64,000 nt of DNA. It comes from Setoptus koraiensis (taxonomy: Eukaryota; Animalia; Arthropoda). Position numbers and translations under genes: made by a program. Location of the stretch: positions 20,584,001-20,648,000 of the forward strand of contig CM106586.1 in assembly GCA_048013815.1 (NCBI GenBank), written 5' to 3'. The notes under the pieces were generated by a model that was not told the origin of the DNA, made no database searches, and worked only from the letters and a program-made list of their open reading frames with translations. Shown piece by piece: positions 13,628 to 27,968 of the stretch. Positions within the stretch are counted from its first letter, which is position 1. Every line of letters begins with the position of its first letter.

Positions 13628-15070
13628 GTGGCGCCGATGTCGGCGATATTTGCCGGCGCGGAATTGCAAATTACGTATACATGCAAATAATTACATAAAT
13701 AGGTGAGCTCAAAAATGGCGCCAGCGACACATGCGGGCGAACAACAACACCGGGCGTGTGGGGCCAACAAAACGGAAGCAAACGGATGGATTTGGCGTTG
13801 CCGAGGAGCGAGGCCAAAGTGGAGCGACAAAGTTGGTCATACATCACATTGAAATTTTGCTGATCCACGCAGTGCTTGCGGTCGGGCGCCCATATCACAC
13901 ATATCGCGCGCCTCACACGGCCATATATCACCGGGGCCCTGCATACACACACACACACACGCACACATCTTAGATAATTTTGCTGGTGTGGTGGCGGCGG
14001 CGGCGGGTCGTTTTTCAAGTGGCCGGGGCCCGCTGGCGGCCAGCGCCGGCAAATGGCTCGCCGGAGCGCAAACTTATTTACACTGTGTACACCCTTAATA
14101 TGGGGCCCGCGGCCAGCGCTCACTGTGGGCCCATTTATCTATCGGCTGGCTGTAGAATTGGATTTGGGCGCGCGCACACACACACACACACACTGCAGAC
14201 AGCGGACATTTAATTCAGCTTCAGTTTGCTGATCAATGTGTTCTGCATATTAAGAGAAATCCGATACACACACCAACACTCATACAGGCCGCCGAAATGA
14301 GGCGCCGTCCAGCGCTGTTTGGCGAGTGGGGCCGGTGCCCCATATTGGCCGGCGGCCGCGCCGCGCCGTGCAACCGGGGCCGGGCTGCGCGCCTGTGCAG
14401 CGAGCAAATTGGAGCGAGCCGATTAGATAGAGCGCTACTTAGGCTGATTTATCGCCGCTGACCACTTATCTGGCGCCTCTATCTGGCTGGCTGGCCTGCC
14501 GATTAGCCCGCCTAGTGGCTGGCCGGGCCAGAATATTAGGCCGAGCTAGCGAGAGGGCGGCCTATTATCAGCGGGGCCCGCAGCCAGGAATGAGTGGCAT
14601 TTTTTCGGCTGCGTGCCCCGGCGCCGGCGAGTGGCGCCATCATATCAAGTAGTGGCCATTGAGGGCGCTTCCATCTCATGGCACAAACATTGTTGCATAT
14701 GCAACCGTATACAAAGTGACAGCTTACGCCACGTCTTGGCCCCCCTCTAATAAGATAAAAATTTGCGCCCCGCCGCTGATGCTGCCGGCCACTGGCCGGC
14801 AGCATCAGGCAGCAACTTTGTTGCTGCGGTATTTCCGGTGCATTTAGCCACCGACGGCAGCGCCAGCTAGCGAGCGGCGACTGTGTGTTTGTAGTTGGCG
14901 CGAGACGGGCAACGCAAAACGGAAGGACTTTGCGAATAATCAGCACGGACTGTGGCCCGAGCTGATTATTCGTAAAGTGCGCTGGCGCTCATTGGCAAGC
15001 CGGTCACATAGGGGCGCGCGGGTGCCAACGAAATAATAAAGTTGGCATCAAGCTGGCGATCTAATCTCGT

Positions 15071-15330
15071 TGATGCCGCCGTTGTTGTTGTTGCCGTTGT
15101 TGGCGCTGTTGGCGCGGTTGTTGGCGCTGTTGTTGGCGCTGTTGATGCCGATGCTCGTTGACGTTGATGTTTGTGTCGACGGCGCTGTCGATGGCGCTGT
15201 GTCAAGACAACAGCGGGCATCACTCATCGATTGTCGAGTCGCAGTCGCATTGTTGTTGCCGTTGTTGCTGCTGTTGGCGCTGTTGTTGCTGTTGCCGTTG
15301 TTGCTGCTGTTGCCGCTGTTGGGTTGTTGC
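15071..15330. repeat. Two blocks of degenerate (TTG/CTG/CCG) triplet repeat
   Basis: gttgttgttgttgccgttgttggcgctgttggcg... and gttgttgccgttgttgctgctgttggcg... Confidence 0.85.
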
Positions 15331-15733
15331 GTCACGTGGTGACGCCAATGACAGTCAGTCAGTCAGACTAAACGCGCCCGACTGACCCAATAACGGCAGC
15401 GGCACAAGTGATAAGCAGCGCAGTAATAAGAGAGCAGCTATAATGATAGTAATGTTATTATTATTATTATTATTATTAATGATAATAATAATAATAAAGT
15501 CGAGACACTTTGGCCCGCTTTCCCCCCGGGATGACTTGGCCGGCGCAGCGCCGGCACAGTTTTGCCGGCCTCGCCATTTATATATATGCGTGTGACTGTG
15601 CCGCTTGGGGCCGCCGGCAGCTCGTGCTGGCTACTCGCTGGCTCGTGCTGCTCGTGTTGTCGGGGGCCCCCGAAGAAGCCGATCGCGCTGCAAGCGCGGC
15701 AATTAAGTCGCTGCGGCTCGGCTCGCCGACTGC

Positions 15734-15764
<31 letters not shown>

Positions 15765-17655
15765 CAGTCAGAAGAGGGGCGCCCAGTAGCGGGCCAACAA
15801 GGCAAACAAACTGTCAGAAAGCCGGCCAAACGGCGTTCGTTCATTAGGCCAATGTTGGCACAATCACACATCAACATGTGTTATTGTCGTGGGCGCTCCA
15901 TGCCGCCGCTGCATTTGTCTATATACTATATAAATATAGTTAGCATGGCAAATTTATCATTATACGCGCGCGCTGCAACCTGGCTGCCGGGGCCCCTTTC
16001 TGCCGAGCTGGGGCCTCTTTGTGCCGGCGAGCTGGCTGCTGGGCGATGGCTGGGCGCGCTCGTTTTCGTAGCCAGCCGCTCGTGTCGCTCGGTGACGCGG
16101 GCTCGTTGTGCAGGCACGTAATTGTTGGACCGTGGCCCCGAACACTTGCGCCCGTGGCGCCCTCTTTTCTTGGGGCGCACTGGCCGCTGCACTGACGCGG
16201 CAAGCCCGGCCAGCGAGAGATAATGTTGCAACACAACACACGAAACTATCGACGCTCGGCCCGCAAACACACCAGGCACAGACACCAGGCGCCGATCAGC
16301 ATGAGCGGCCGGCCCGAGCTCGACAATGGGCGCCCCAAACATGACGTTTGTCCGACATGCCCGGCCTAATTCCGCCCAGAGTTGGCCTAATCGCTGGGCC
16401 CCACTCATAAAGCGCCGCCCGATTCTGATTAATAACAATCGAGTTAGTGACGGGCGCCCCCCCCCCAAACCCTCAAACGCTTGCGACGAGTATCGCACGA
16501 ACTTGGGGACTAATTTGGCGTTCGCCTATTCGCCGATTAGGCCAACTCTCGCCGAGTTATCTTAATCTGCAGCGATCACTTGAACACATACAAATAGACA
16601 TGGACATTTGTTTGCATGTTTGCATGACGATAATTGAGCGGCGCCTCCCCCACTGGCCCTCGCAATCGGCCCTTGCTGTCACAGCGCACACGTCGCCAAT
16701 ATTCGCCCCCCTTGCAAGGCACCATGGGGCCCGCTGCGGCGAGCGGACGCACGGGCCGCCGGCCGGGTCGCGACCCGCGAAACGAGTCCGCAACTCGCGA
16801 ATGGCGATCTCGATGCAAGTATCGTGTTTGGCCGACTTGTGAGCGGGTTGCCTCGCTGTCGCCCGGCGCCCCATGAGCGGTCGGTCGGTCGGCGCTGCGG
16901 CCGGGCTCGTCAGCTGCAAACTAATTTCATTTCGAGTCATTTGGTCGCTGATCATTTTTGGGTTTTCGCTTGGGTCGCGATGAAAAATGAGAGGCGCTGA
17001 CTGCGGCGCGATTTCGCGTTTCTCGCAACGTTTTCATATATAAATGCACATAATAGTATACACACAAATATATACAGTTTGTGTGCGTGGGGGGACGCGC
17101 GAGCGGGCGCAATTGTCGCAATGTGCAAATATTGTCGCGACAATAACGCGCGCGCGCTTATTGTTGTATCTTGTTACGTCACACACACACACACGCGAAC
17201 TGGCCGCGTCTTGCCGCGCCTCGCCGACAGGGGCCCCGCTCCGCGCCCAAACGAGCGCCATCTGGCACAGTGGGAGGCGCCCTGGCGGCGAGTCTGCTGG
17301 CGAGCTCAGCGGAAGCGGCGCGTATGCAATGGGAGACGGCATCAGCTGCCCCACATAATCTTGATTTGGTACCTTAAATTGCGACACCAGCCAGCGCTCG
17401 CTAGTCGGCGGGGGCCGGACAAGTGGCGACATTCGGCGGCGAGCGGGCGGGTTTAATTTGCGCAGAGCGAGAGCAAACGACAATATCAACAACACAATGC
17501 AGTCATTTTTGCCTATTGGCTCGCCAGTGGGCGCCGGCCAGCGTTTGTCGCTTGCACCGCACGTCATATATCACGGCCGGCGCCGTGCCAATGACAGTGC
17601 GTATCGCGAGCCAAATAATGTAATAATATACATGACACACAACAAAGCGCTGCAA

Positions 17656-17786
17656 GCCACGCAATATTTTCACCCGTGCCACGCGCTATTTTCACCTGTG
17701 CCACGCACCGTTTTCACCTGTGCCACGCGCTGTTTTCACCTGTGCCACGCGCTATTTTCATCTGTGCCACGCATTGTTTTCAGCTG
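17656..17786. repeat. 22-bp minisatellite (TTTTCACCTGTGCCACGCGCTA), about 5.5 copies
   Basis: Units start at 17667 with a 22-nt period; the core carries the E-box CACCTG and variants. Confidence 0.92.
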
Positions 17787-18700
17787 CGCGGGGCGCCCAT
17801 TCACCCGTCGGGCAGAGGGCTGAGCGCAGGTGCGACTGCAGCGCCACCCCAGTTATTACACACGCACACAGTGAGCCAAGTGACACGGTGAAGTGCACCG
17901 AGGGTGCACCTAGCTCCGGCGACGGATATCAGAACGGAGCGGGCGAGATTGTGCAGGCGGGCGCGCAGATTGGCCCAGTTGACGTGACATCACTATCGCC
18001 GTTATGACAATTGACGTCTGACGTGCATACAACAACAATGTTGCTGTTGTTGTTGTTGTTGTTGTTGTTGCGACAACAATAACAACAACGGCGACAACTT
18101 GTGCGTGTTTGCTTATTATTACACATTGCATGAACAACGGCATCAAGCAAAAGCACCAACAACAACAAATGCAAAGATTGCAAAAAATACTGTCACATAA
18201 TGTGCCATATCGCACCGCTCATAAATGGCGCTGCGTTCGCCCACTTTCATCAGCAGCCAGCATCTGACTGCTGGCCGGTAATTGTGCGCTAGTTAGTTAG
18301 CCCTCGTCAAATGTCCGCCGTTACGCAAGCCGCGGCCCGTTAGCTAGGTGTCGGCCGTTGTGCCCATGTTATTGTTGGCGCCAAATGTCTCGTCTTTGTC
18401 AGTGCAGTGAGTGTGATTGTCGCCCGCAGTCATGACTCGCCCGAACGCTTGTCACCTGTGCCGCGATATTATGCTTATTGTGTGCATAATACAGGTGACA
18501 AGCGGGCCCCCAGGAAGTGAGGAATTTGTTATCGCATGTGCGCATCGTTGTCGTGCGAGTGCACGCATCGCACGCCCGACTTTCACTTTTTTATCTGTCG
18601 TTGCGCCCATTGTATTGATCTGTCCGGGCCCCACTGACCATCCGCTGCGGCGCCCCGCCTGTCGGGCCATGGCGGCCGGCGCGACAAGCGCTCAGCCGCA

Positions 18701-18787
18701 GCGACCGTGGCGACCGTGGCGACCATGGCGACTACAGCGACTGCAGCGACTATAGCGACTATAGCGACTATAGCGACTATAGCGACT
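18701..18787. repeat. 9-bp tandem repeat (GCGACCGTG grading into GCGACTATA)
   Basis: Tandem units seen directly. Confidence 0.9.
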
Positions 18788-20313
18788 TTCGCGCGCCGCG
18801 CAGCGCGCTGTGCCGTGCCGTGCGCAGCAAATGATGTGGCGCCAATATCGCTGGCGCTGTTGACAATTATAATCACACACTAATGATTATTGCCACTGTG
18901 TCCGCACAGCGGCTGACAGCTTGCGGGCCGCTCGGCGGCGACCCGCGTCCGTCGCACACTGGCCACGCCAGTGTGCGTAACCTCTGGCTCGCCTGCGCGC
19001 TGTGCCACCGCGTAACGCGGCCTCGCCATGCTGCTGTGCCGCCGCGTACTGCCCACCGCGCTGTCCAATGTGCCGGCGATGATGATTTTGCGCGCGCAAC
19101 CATTAACAGGCTCATATTTTCGGCCCAAATTAGTACTTGCCGCAGCAGTTGACAATCACAGGCTGCGCCCGTGACCGCGCCGACTTTGGCGACTCGTTGT
19201 CGCCACTCCGGCGACTGTGGCGCCGCTGACCGGTTATGTCATCATCATCACGAGCGATCCGATGTCGACTGTCGAATGGCTGTGTGGCCATGTTGATGTG
19301 GTCATAGGTTATGTGCGCATCTTGCGCTTGGTCGGGCCGGGCTGGCCCGCGCGGCAGCCGAGCCCGGCCCGGCCCGACCAACTGGCCGGCAGGCCAGGTT
19401 GCCTGCCGGCCGAACACGGGCCAGCTTGCGGGCGCGCAATTTCGCCCGTTAGCTGGTTAGCAGCGCCAACGGGCGCCAACGCGCGCCAACGGGCGCCAAT
19501 GGGCGCCAATGAGCGCCAATGAGCGCTAATGAGAGAGCTAGGCGCTGCTACACAAACACACGCCGCGGAGGGATATAGGCGTGTTGTTGTTGTTGTTGTG
19601 TCCATGTTGCTGTGTCATGTAATTAGTAAATAGGGCCAGTATCTAATGATCACTAACACACACACATATTGAGCTGCCGCCGCCGCCGCTAAAAGTGATA
19701 GGCAACTACTGGACGCGGGCACAGCCAGCCAGCGGGTTAGGTATCCGCGCCGGGCCACATGAGAGCATCGTTTAGGCATCGTAATTTGGCCCATTCCGTT
19801 GCGCAAGAGACCATAAAAATACATAAAAGGAGCAACGTTAAACGATAAGCTCGCCAGCGAGCCCGCAGAAAGACAAGAACAACAACGACAAGCAACAACG
19901 ACAGCGCCAACAACGGCAACAACGACAGCGCCAACAACGGCAACTACAACAACGGCAACAACGCCAACAACAACGGCAACAACAACAGCAACTACAACCG
20001 CGACTACAGATAATGATTTGTTGCCTCGTTATACGCTTATATAATATATAATATATATTATATATATTCGCTTCTCGTGGCTCGCGGCTGGCGCGTTGCG
20101 GCGCATAGCGGCGCGTGCGGTTGGCGCCACTATGCGCCAACACACATAACGAGCTACGCCATGACTCATGCTTTTGATCATGATAATTAATTACTATAAG
20201 CGAGCATGATAATGATGATCACCAGCAACTGCCGAGTTAGCCGGGCCCCGGCCCCGGCCCCAGCCCGCGAGCCGCCGAGCGGCGACCCGATTGCCAGCGC
20301 GAACGCCACAACC

Positions 20314-20378
20314 GGATAACTGGCGGATAACTGGCGGGTAACTGGCGGGTAACTGGCGGATAACGGGATATCTGGCGG
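20314..20378. repeat. 11-bp tandem repeat (GGATAACTGGC)
   Basis: About 5 copies, including GGGTAACTGGC variants. Confidence 0.88.
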
Positions 20379-21552
20379 AGGGGCGCTGCAGATTTAACTG
20401 GCAAGCGGCGAGCGAGCTCGCAAATTTCGTCGGTGACCGCACACATACATGCAAAGTTGGTTGCACTTGGTTGGCACATTAATAGTTGTTGCGTAGCGGA
20501 TATAGTTAGTTGGTTGGCTGCAAACAGGCGGCGGCGGCGGCCAATTCGATAATACGCGTCGGCGCCGCGGCCGCGGCCGCCCCCAACGAATAGCGGCCGT
20601 CCCGTAAGCCGGGCCCGGTGCCCGTGCCGCTAATATTGCCCAATAAGCAGTATACACAGCGCACAAACATTAGGGGCATGCCAATCGAGCGCGCCGTTGC
20701 CCGGCCGAATGCAGATGAGCGCTCTTGATGAGCGCCCTGATGACCATTAGGGGCGCCAAAAGGGGCTCTCGCCAGACAAGCTGGCCGCCGACAAGTAGTA
20801 GTGCCGACAAACCTTTTGGCAAGCCGCCGGTAGGTGGCATGGCGCGGCTCAGGTCGGCCAGTGGTGAGCGGTGGAGGTCGCGGCGCCCCCCATTCGCCTG
20901 GGGTCGCCGCGGCGCGCTTGCGAGGCCGCCCAATGCCGTACGTCGGCACTCGCCGGATATTCTGCGTGTGTGTCGAATCCGTCACTGGATTTGACACAAG
21001 ATCGGGCGCGCAAGATCGGCGCGCCCAACAATGGGGCCCGTATGGCGTATGCATGCGGCCCAAAATTTACACAATTTGCATCGCCACGGACACTGTTGTG
21101 AGTGCGCGCGATGCGGCGCTCGGGGCGCCGCTCGCTCGCTCGCTGTTGCCCGTGGTGGCGGCCATTAGCGGGGCCCGCGTGGCGCCTGCTTGGGCCGGCC
21201 ATCAGCGTATCGCGTGTTTAAAATGAACGACCCGCCGGCCGACAGGTAACGCGCGTATGCAAACGAGCCACGCAAACTGAAATATGCTGTGTCGCGGTTG
21301 TTGCTGGCGAGCGACGCGAGATACGCATCTCCGCGGGCACCGACAGCAACGCCGACAGCGACACCACAACCACAACTACCACACAATCAACAACAACGAC
21401 GACATTGATACGGCCTGAGCTCTCAATCTGGCCCCAATCTGCGAGCCAGCGCCCCTCGCGGCCAATGCGCACCCTTAAAATTGACTGTGGCCGACGCTGT
21501 TTTGTTTCGCGGCTGTTCACGGCTGACACACACGCACGGGCGACAGTTCTGG

Positions 21553-21602
21553 CTGACAATTTTCTCTGACAATTTTCTCTGACAATTTTCTCTGACAATT
21601 TT
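21553..21602. repeat. 13-bp tandem repeat (CTGACAATTTTCT) x about 4
   Basis: Seen directly. Confidence 0.92.
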
Positions 21603-23399
21603 GTCGTCGTAGCGTGCGCTGTGCCAATGGGGCCCCCCGACCACAAAGCTACTTACAGTTTGGCTAGACGCGCGGGTGGGCGTCGTCGTGTGTTTAGTGA
21701 CGCAACTTGGCTCCATTTAATCACTAATTTGTCATTAATTTGTGTGCGTGTGTACGGCGCGTTTTGGTTTGGCTGCGTTTCGCTGTGCCAACTACGGTGG
21801 CACGGCACGGCAACGTCGCGCAATTTTGGTCAAAGTGTGCGGCGCACTGCAATTTACTGCAGTGCAGTGGGGCGCCAGCAAAATACTTGGATAAAAAAAA
21901 TAAAAATTGGCGTCGGCACAGAGTCGGCCGATATCGGTGTCTTGCTGGTTGGTGTCGGCACAGCACATAGGTGTGTCGTGCGAGTTGTGCGGCGCAAATT
22001 TTCATTTTTAAGACGACCAACCGACAAAACCGCTGCCACGCTCAGCAGCGGCTTTGCCCAGCGACAGACCGGCTGGCGGGCAACACCTAGCGGCCGAACG
22101 GAGCGATGTTGACAGGATTATTTTGGCCCGTTACGGTCAGAGCGTGTAAATAGCGCCCGTTGTCAACTTTACAGTTAAAGTAAAAATTTGATTTTGATTA
22201 CGCGACACAAACGCGACCCGCAGCTAGCGACAACAATGGCCCCACCGCTGGCTGGCTTGCGTTACGTAACGGCGATCGTATTGTTATTGTGTGCGCCGTT
22301 GTGGTTGCTTCGAGCCGCGCGTTATAACGCTCCCAATGACGGCCAGTCTAGACGAGGCACAATTATTTTCCGCTGCGTCCGCAAAACGTTGCCCGCGTCG
22401 GCCCGTGTCCGACCGTCTGTTTGTGTGGCCGCTGTGTGTGTGCCGCCGCCGGGTCCGCTCAACGCCCCAACGGTCCGGCTTACCGGCCCAAAGTAACCGT
22501 GGCCAGTCGGACAGTTGGCGCGCGGGCAAAACTACCCAACCCCCCGGCACTTACCGATACAGTTGCCTGTCACACAAGATGGTATCGGTGGGCCCATTAC
22601 GGCGCCTGTGGCGGGCTGGCGCGCGGACCGGCCCAATTGTCCGATGATGACGCAAGTATCGAGCGTCAGTCGCGCAATATCGCAATCAAAATAAATGGGT
22701 CCGAGTGCACGCACCCATGCTCGCGCTGGCCAAATATTATCGCCGGGCCCGCTCTTATCCGGCCCGCCCGACACACTAACTAATCTGTGGCCTCTTCCGC
22801 GGGCACCGCTTGCGCTGGAGCCAGCTAATGAGCGTCGAAGGATCGCCGACGAGCCGGCTCGCCAATTTGAATTTGGCCAGCTCGTCGGCGCATGTGCCCG
22901 ACATGGGTGCATGTGCACGATGCTCGGTGGCGCGCGGGGCGCACAGTTTGTCGCGAGCCGGCGAGCCGCCCGTAACGGCGGCCAGACGCCGCCAGTGGTT
23001 GCGTTGTTGCGTAACGAGCACGCCAACAATGCCCAATTACTATCAGATTACTCAACAGGAAGCCGCGGCGCCCACTGCGCATTGTTGCACACCCATGCCC
23101 TGGCTGGCAAGTGAGCGAGCTAGCTCTGTGATATACATATAATTAGAGAGTGACACAATGCGAGCAACTTGCCGGGTGCAACCGATGCAAAACTCACTGC
23201 ACACACATTATAATTCTAATAGGCAAGACGCACGCCATCTTGGATAGCCGGGGGCACAGGCACAGAGGCAATTTTGGGCGCGCACAGGCACAGGTGCATA
23301 GGGTCGGTGGAGGGCGGAAATGCATTTGGCGCGCCGAGCGAGCTCGCCGGTTGGCGCGAATCGTTTGCGTTGTGCGCAGACGATTTGCATAAGCGCCCA

Positions 23400-23582
23400 G
23401 GCAGCAACAACCGCGCCAACGACAACACCGGCACCAACGGCAACAACAACAACAGCAACAACAGCAACAGCGGCAGCAGCAACAACAGCAACAGCGGCAG
23501 CAGCAACAACAACAACAGCAACAGCGGCAGCAACAACAACAACGACGACGGCAGCAACAACAACAAAAGCAATAACAACAAA
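23400..23582. repeat. Degenerate (AAC/AGC/GAC/GGC) triplet repeat
   Basis: N/S/G/D-rich in ORF 23274..23702; no flanking domain recognised. Confidence 0.88.
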
Positions 23583-24618
23583 ACGCGCCTAGTAAGCGCA
23601 TATGCTTCATGCTGCACGCTCACGCGGGCCCGCCAAGTGAATGATGGCGCCCCACAATGGGCCGCGGAACCTGGCGGGCCCACAATGATGCCACCTCTCT
23701 GACAGCGATTGAACGGCGATGCCGCGGCGCTGTCGGGCCAACGACGGGCCAGCCAACTAAACAGCATAGCGGCCCGAATAAATGGGGGTCGCGCGAGTGT
23801 AGTGAGGCGGGTTGCATAACCTAATAAATTAAAAGATTCATTGTTGCCCGCGCGCCTTGCCGGGCCCGCTGAACATCTACGGGCACGGCCTTGGCGGGCA
23901 CACACAAAGTGCGCCGGCCGGCCGGCCGCCACGCCCACCGACTAAACGTGAGCTGGGTCGATGGAGCGGAGCTGGTAGGCCGGTGGGCCGCAGTCAGTTT
24001 GGCCGGGTTCGGTGGCCTTCGGTTGGCAGTTGCTGTTTATCGTTACTGCCACAAGGGGCGGGCATATCATTTAGTTGGTTGGATTTCTTGGCCAGTGCGC
24101 CGATACTGGCGCGCTAATACAATATTGTGGCCCCGTTGTTGTCGTTGTCGTTGTTGTTGTCTGCGAGTTACAAATGTTGTTGCCGGCGACGCGACCAGGT
24201 AGCCGAAAAAACTATTTCACCTAATATCGGGTGCCCCGAAGAGAGAGAGAGAGAGAGAGCGAGAGAAAAAACTGCCGGTTGGTGCGTGGCAGTGCGTACA
24301 AGTGTGCGTGTGACATTAAAACAGATACATATGATCACATAAAGCACATTAGTCGCTCGAAACGACTTGGCTTGCTGGCTGGCTGGCCATTATTATTGCC
24401 CTCCCCTCCAGCGCATTAGACAGTAGCTACGGGCAACGGGCCGGGGCGGGGGGGCGCGCGCTGTTGAGAGCCGCGAGAAGCGGGCGCACTGGTTGTGCGG
24501 GCACAGTTGCTGGCAAAGTGGGGCCAACCGTTTTCGTCTGGTTCAACTCGGCTGTGCCCGGGTCTCGTTGGGGACCGGCTCACTCAGGGCCGCTGTGCCG
24601 GCGTCTTTCTCAGGGGCG

Positions 24619-24668
24619 CCCTATCCAGCCCTATCCAGCCCTATCCAGCCCTATCCAGTCCTATCCAG
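24619..24668. repeat. 10-bp tandem repeat (CCCTATCCAG) x5
   Basis: Seen directly. Confidence 0.93.
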
Positions 24669-24949
24669 GGTCGCTTGGTCGGGCTCTGTTCGGGGGGGGG
24701 GGCGCAGTTTTCAGTGGGCAGGCAGGCTGGCCAGACCTGGCCGCTGCAGCGCCAAACCGACGCGTAGCGGCAAAATGTAAATGTAAGTGAGTGTGCACTT
24801 TTTCGCTCGCCTCTCGGGCCGCTATTGGCAAGCTAGTCGTTTAACTAGTTTATCGTTAGCGGCGGTAATATTGCCATTATTATTGTGCCGTGTTTTGCCC
24901 TTCTGACGGCTCCAGCGGTTCCAGCGGTTCCGACGGTTCTAATGGTGCA

Positions 24950-25027
24950 ACGGAACGGTGCAGAGGCAACAACACAACGGTGCAGAGGCAACAACAACGG
25001 TGCAGAGGCAACAACAACGGTGCAGAG
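24950..25027. repeat. 20-22-bp minisatellite (AACGGTGCAGAGGCAACAAC) x about 4
   Basis: Seen directly. Confidence 0.9.
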
Positions 25028-27879
25028 GTAACTACTCAATGAGCTCCATACTCCATATAGTATACTGTCGCCCACCTGGCGGATTTCGCCCGCAACACAA
25101 TAATAAGTAATGCAAGCAATGTACCTGGTGCATACAGGCCCAAAACAATCAGTTACTAATATAGAGGCTGCAGCGCCGATGCAGCCAGTTAAGCCCAGAT
25201 GAGAGCCAGCCAGCGAGCTACATGAGACGACGATAAGTTGTTTGTGTGACGAGCGAACAAGCTCCAAGCCAAGAGACGAGAGACAAAAGATTCCTTGGCT
25301 AGCTCAAAAATAAAGAGCACCAAGATTAGTGTTAGTCTATCATGTTTGTTTAGTCAAGTTGTTAGGTGCCCTATAAATAGGATGGGGCCCCATAAACAGC
25401 CCTACACTGCAGCAGCGCAGCAGTAGACACTTTGTAGAGGCTCACTTGCTGACGAAATGTCTTGCCAGCGGTGGTTGCCGCCAGGCGACACAGATGGCGC
25501 CACTGTCAACTTGGCCAGCTCGCCATGGGCGCCAAATTCAACTGCAGCGCCAGCTGTCTCAACAAGATTGTCTCAAGATTGTCTCAAGATTTTCTCAAGA
25601 TTGTCAGATCGCCTGGCCCCCCCCCCTTGTCTGACAGCCACTTGGCACGTCAATTTGCGCGTCATCTGATGGCCGTTTCGCGGCCAGTATCTACAGCAAT
25701 TCACAACAATTCTCGCAACTGACAACAACTGGCCGCTGTAACTGCTAATGCTTGACACCGGCGCGAGGGGGGCCGCTCGATTGTTATAAATGCGGCCGGG
25801 CCAGTCGAGTGACAAGCGAGGGAGCTCGAGAAGGGAGGGCGGTCGAAAAGGGAGCGATCCCGTGCTGAACGCGCGTTGTTCGAGAGTAAAACAATGGCCG
25901 GCGATGTTTGTTGGCGAGTTAGCCAAAACAACCAGAATAACCCGAACAAATGCACGACTGGTCGCAGTTGCAAGCGGAGCTGGTTAATTTGAGGCCCCGG
26001 TCAGTTGGAGGCATCGATATTAGCATGGCAGGCAGGCCAATTTCAAATAGTTTAATTCCTTTCTCGGTATGTCCGCTTGTGTGCCCTATGTCCTTGGTTG
26101 CCGCTGGGCCCACTGGAGGCTCGCGCGGGGGCCGTCTGAGTGGCCGTGTCTTGGCCCGGACGGGGGCCCGAATCAGCCTGAGCGTGACCAGATTTCCACT
26201 GGTCTTTTTGGCCATTCTCGTCACTCGCCACTCGGCTCGAGTTGCCAAGAGTTGCTGGCGCTTGCCTGTGGCCCGTTGGCCCGTTGGCCACCACTGGCCG
26301 GCGCGGGCATGAGCACTGGCCAGCGGCGGCCGACCGGCAACGCGGAGGCTTCGTTGCGAGCATCGCGTATAAATGCATGCCTTATTTTGGGGCCTTTTAG
26401 GCACCCAAAACAGCAACTCCGAGGGGCGCGCTGTCGCTCTCACTCGTCTTTTTGGTCGTATTTTTACCACTGCTACCCGTGCACCGCCGCCGTCGATCCA
26501 TCTGCTTCTACATGGCTGACGCCCGTTGGTTCAGTGGGTTGTGGGCCCGTGGGCGCGCTGCCGAACCAACGGGCGAGCTGAATTTTCACGCTCGCCACAT
26601 CAACGTAGCTGCAGTGTCTTGGCGAGTGGCATTTCGTGCCAATCGCCAAGACACTGGCTCGACAAGAGCGCCGCTCCACACGACGGCGCGCTATCATCTG
26701 ACGACGGCAGCGCGGGCATTCCGAGGAGCCGGGCGAGACCCAAGCGAAGAATTCAAGCGGGGCCCCTGGTCGCATACCATCGTCGGCCTGTCATTATGTA
26801 TGCCATTATTATCCGGCGGCGCTCGCGCTGCCGCTTATTATAACTTATATAACTGGCTAACTGACGACTGGGCGCCGGGCGAGCCACGGGCGCCTGCATC
26901 GGCGGCGGCGGCCTGTCGCCGCTTGTCGGCGCCGTGAGCCGCTGCCGGGCGCAAGGGGCCCCCGCTTGTCGCCGGCGTGAGCCGGCCAAGTGGGAATGGT
27001 GTCAGCGGCTTGCATTCTATTTACATTCTTTGCGTCACCGTCTTTGCGTTTGCGTTTTTGGCTGGCGGTTGCTTGCGTGGCGCATCTTTGTCGTGTTGCG
27101 TCGCGTCGCGTCTCCCTCTTTTCGACTATGTGTTGTCATTGTTGTTTGTGGCGCTGCGCGCCTTCCACGGCTACGCGCCGTGGCGCCGTTTCCGCCGCCA
27201 CGGCCGGCCTGACAAGCCCGCTGGTCGGTCTTGAAACGACGAAAGGGCATAAGTCAAACGGTGGCGCGCCTAACAAGCGACAGCCCGGCCCGCGTTATTG
27301 CGTTCGCGGCGCGTGCCGAAGCGGGCCGCGCCGGGCCCCTTGCCCGCCACTGTCCGCCGTCGGCCGCCGTCGCCGAGTCGCGGCAAATCGAAGGCGCCCA
27401 GAGGTGCTGCTACTTCATCCACACTTCCCCTGGCCGGCACACTTATGTATATAACGAGTGTATTTGTTTATTTATAGGGTGTCTACCTGACAGCGATAGA
27501 CCTGGCGCGCGCACCGAGCGGCGCCAACAAACCGGAAAAGAGGCCAACTCGCTACAAAACTGGCTGCCGGTTGCGAGACTGGCGACGCGCCCGCTCACCG
27601 GCTCACCGGCTCACTGACTGGCTGGCTGGCTGACTGGCTATCGTCGGTCGGTTCGCTTCGCCACTTCGCGCCGGGCGCCCCTGGCCGCCGATTCGGCAGC
27701 GAGCGTATATTATCCGGGCCGGCTATTATCAGCGCTGCCGTCGGCCCGTCGGCGTGTCATGCCATCTCAGGCCGCCACTCGTTGTCGGCAGCTCAACTCA
27801 TCTCATGGCGCGCGCCCCGTCTCATTCTATCATCGCGCTCGGCGCGGCGCTCTGCCGCTCGCAAGTCGCCGTTTCATTT

Positions 27880-27953
27880 CATCTCGGCCCATCTCATTTC
27901 ATCTCGTCTCATCTCATCTCATCTCATTTCGTGTCATCTCGTCTCATCTCATC
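27880..27953. repeat. Degenerate pentanucleotide repeat (CATCT)n
   Basis: tcatttcatctcggcccatctcatttcatctcgtctcatctcatctcatctc... Confidence 0.85.
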
Positions 27954-27968
27954 CCGGCGCCCGCCCGC

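Noticed and set aside
17929-18183. Leu-rich N-terminus plus Cys-rich ORF resembling a secreted toxin
   Set aside because: The Leu, Cys and Asn runs all derive from TTG/CAA microsatellites and the start codon is not ATG.
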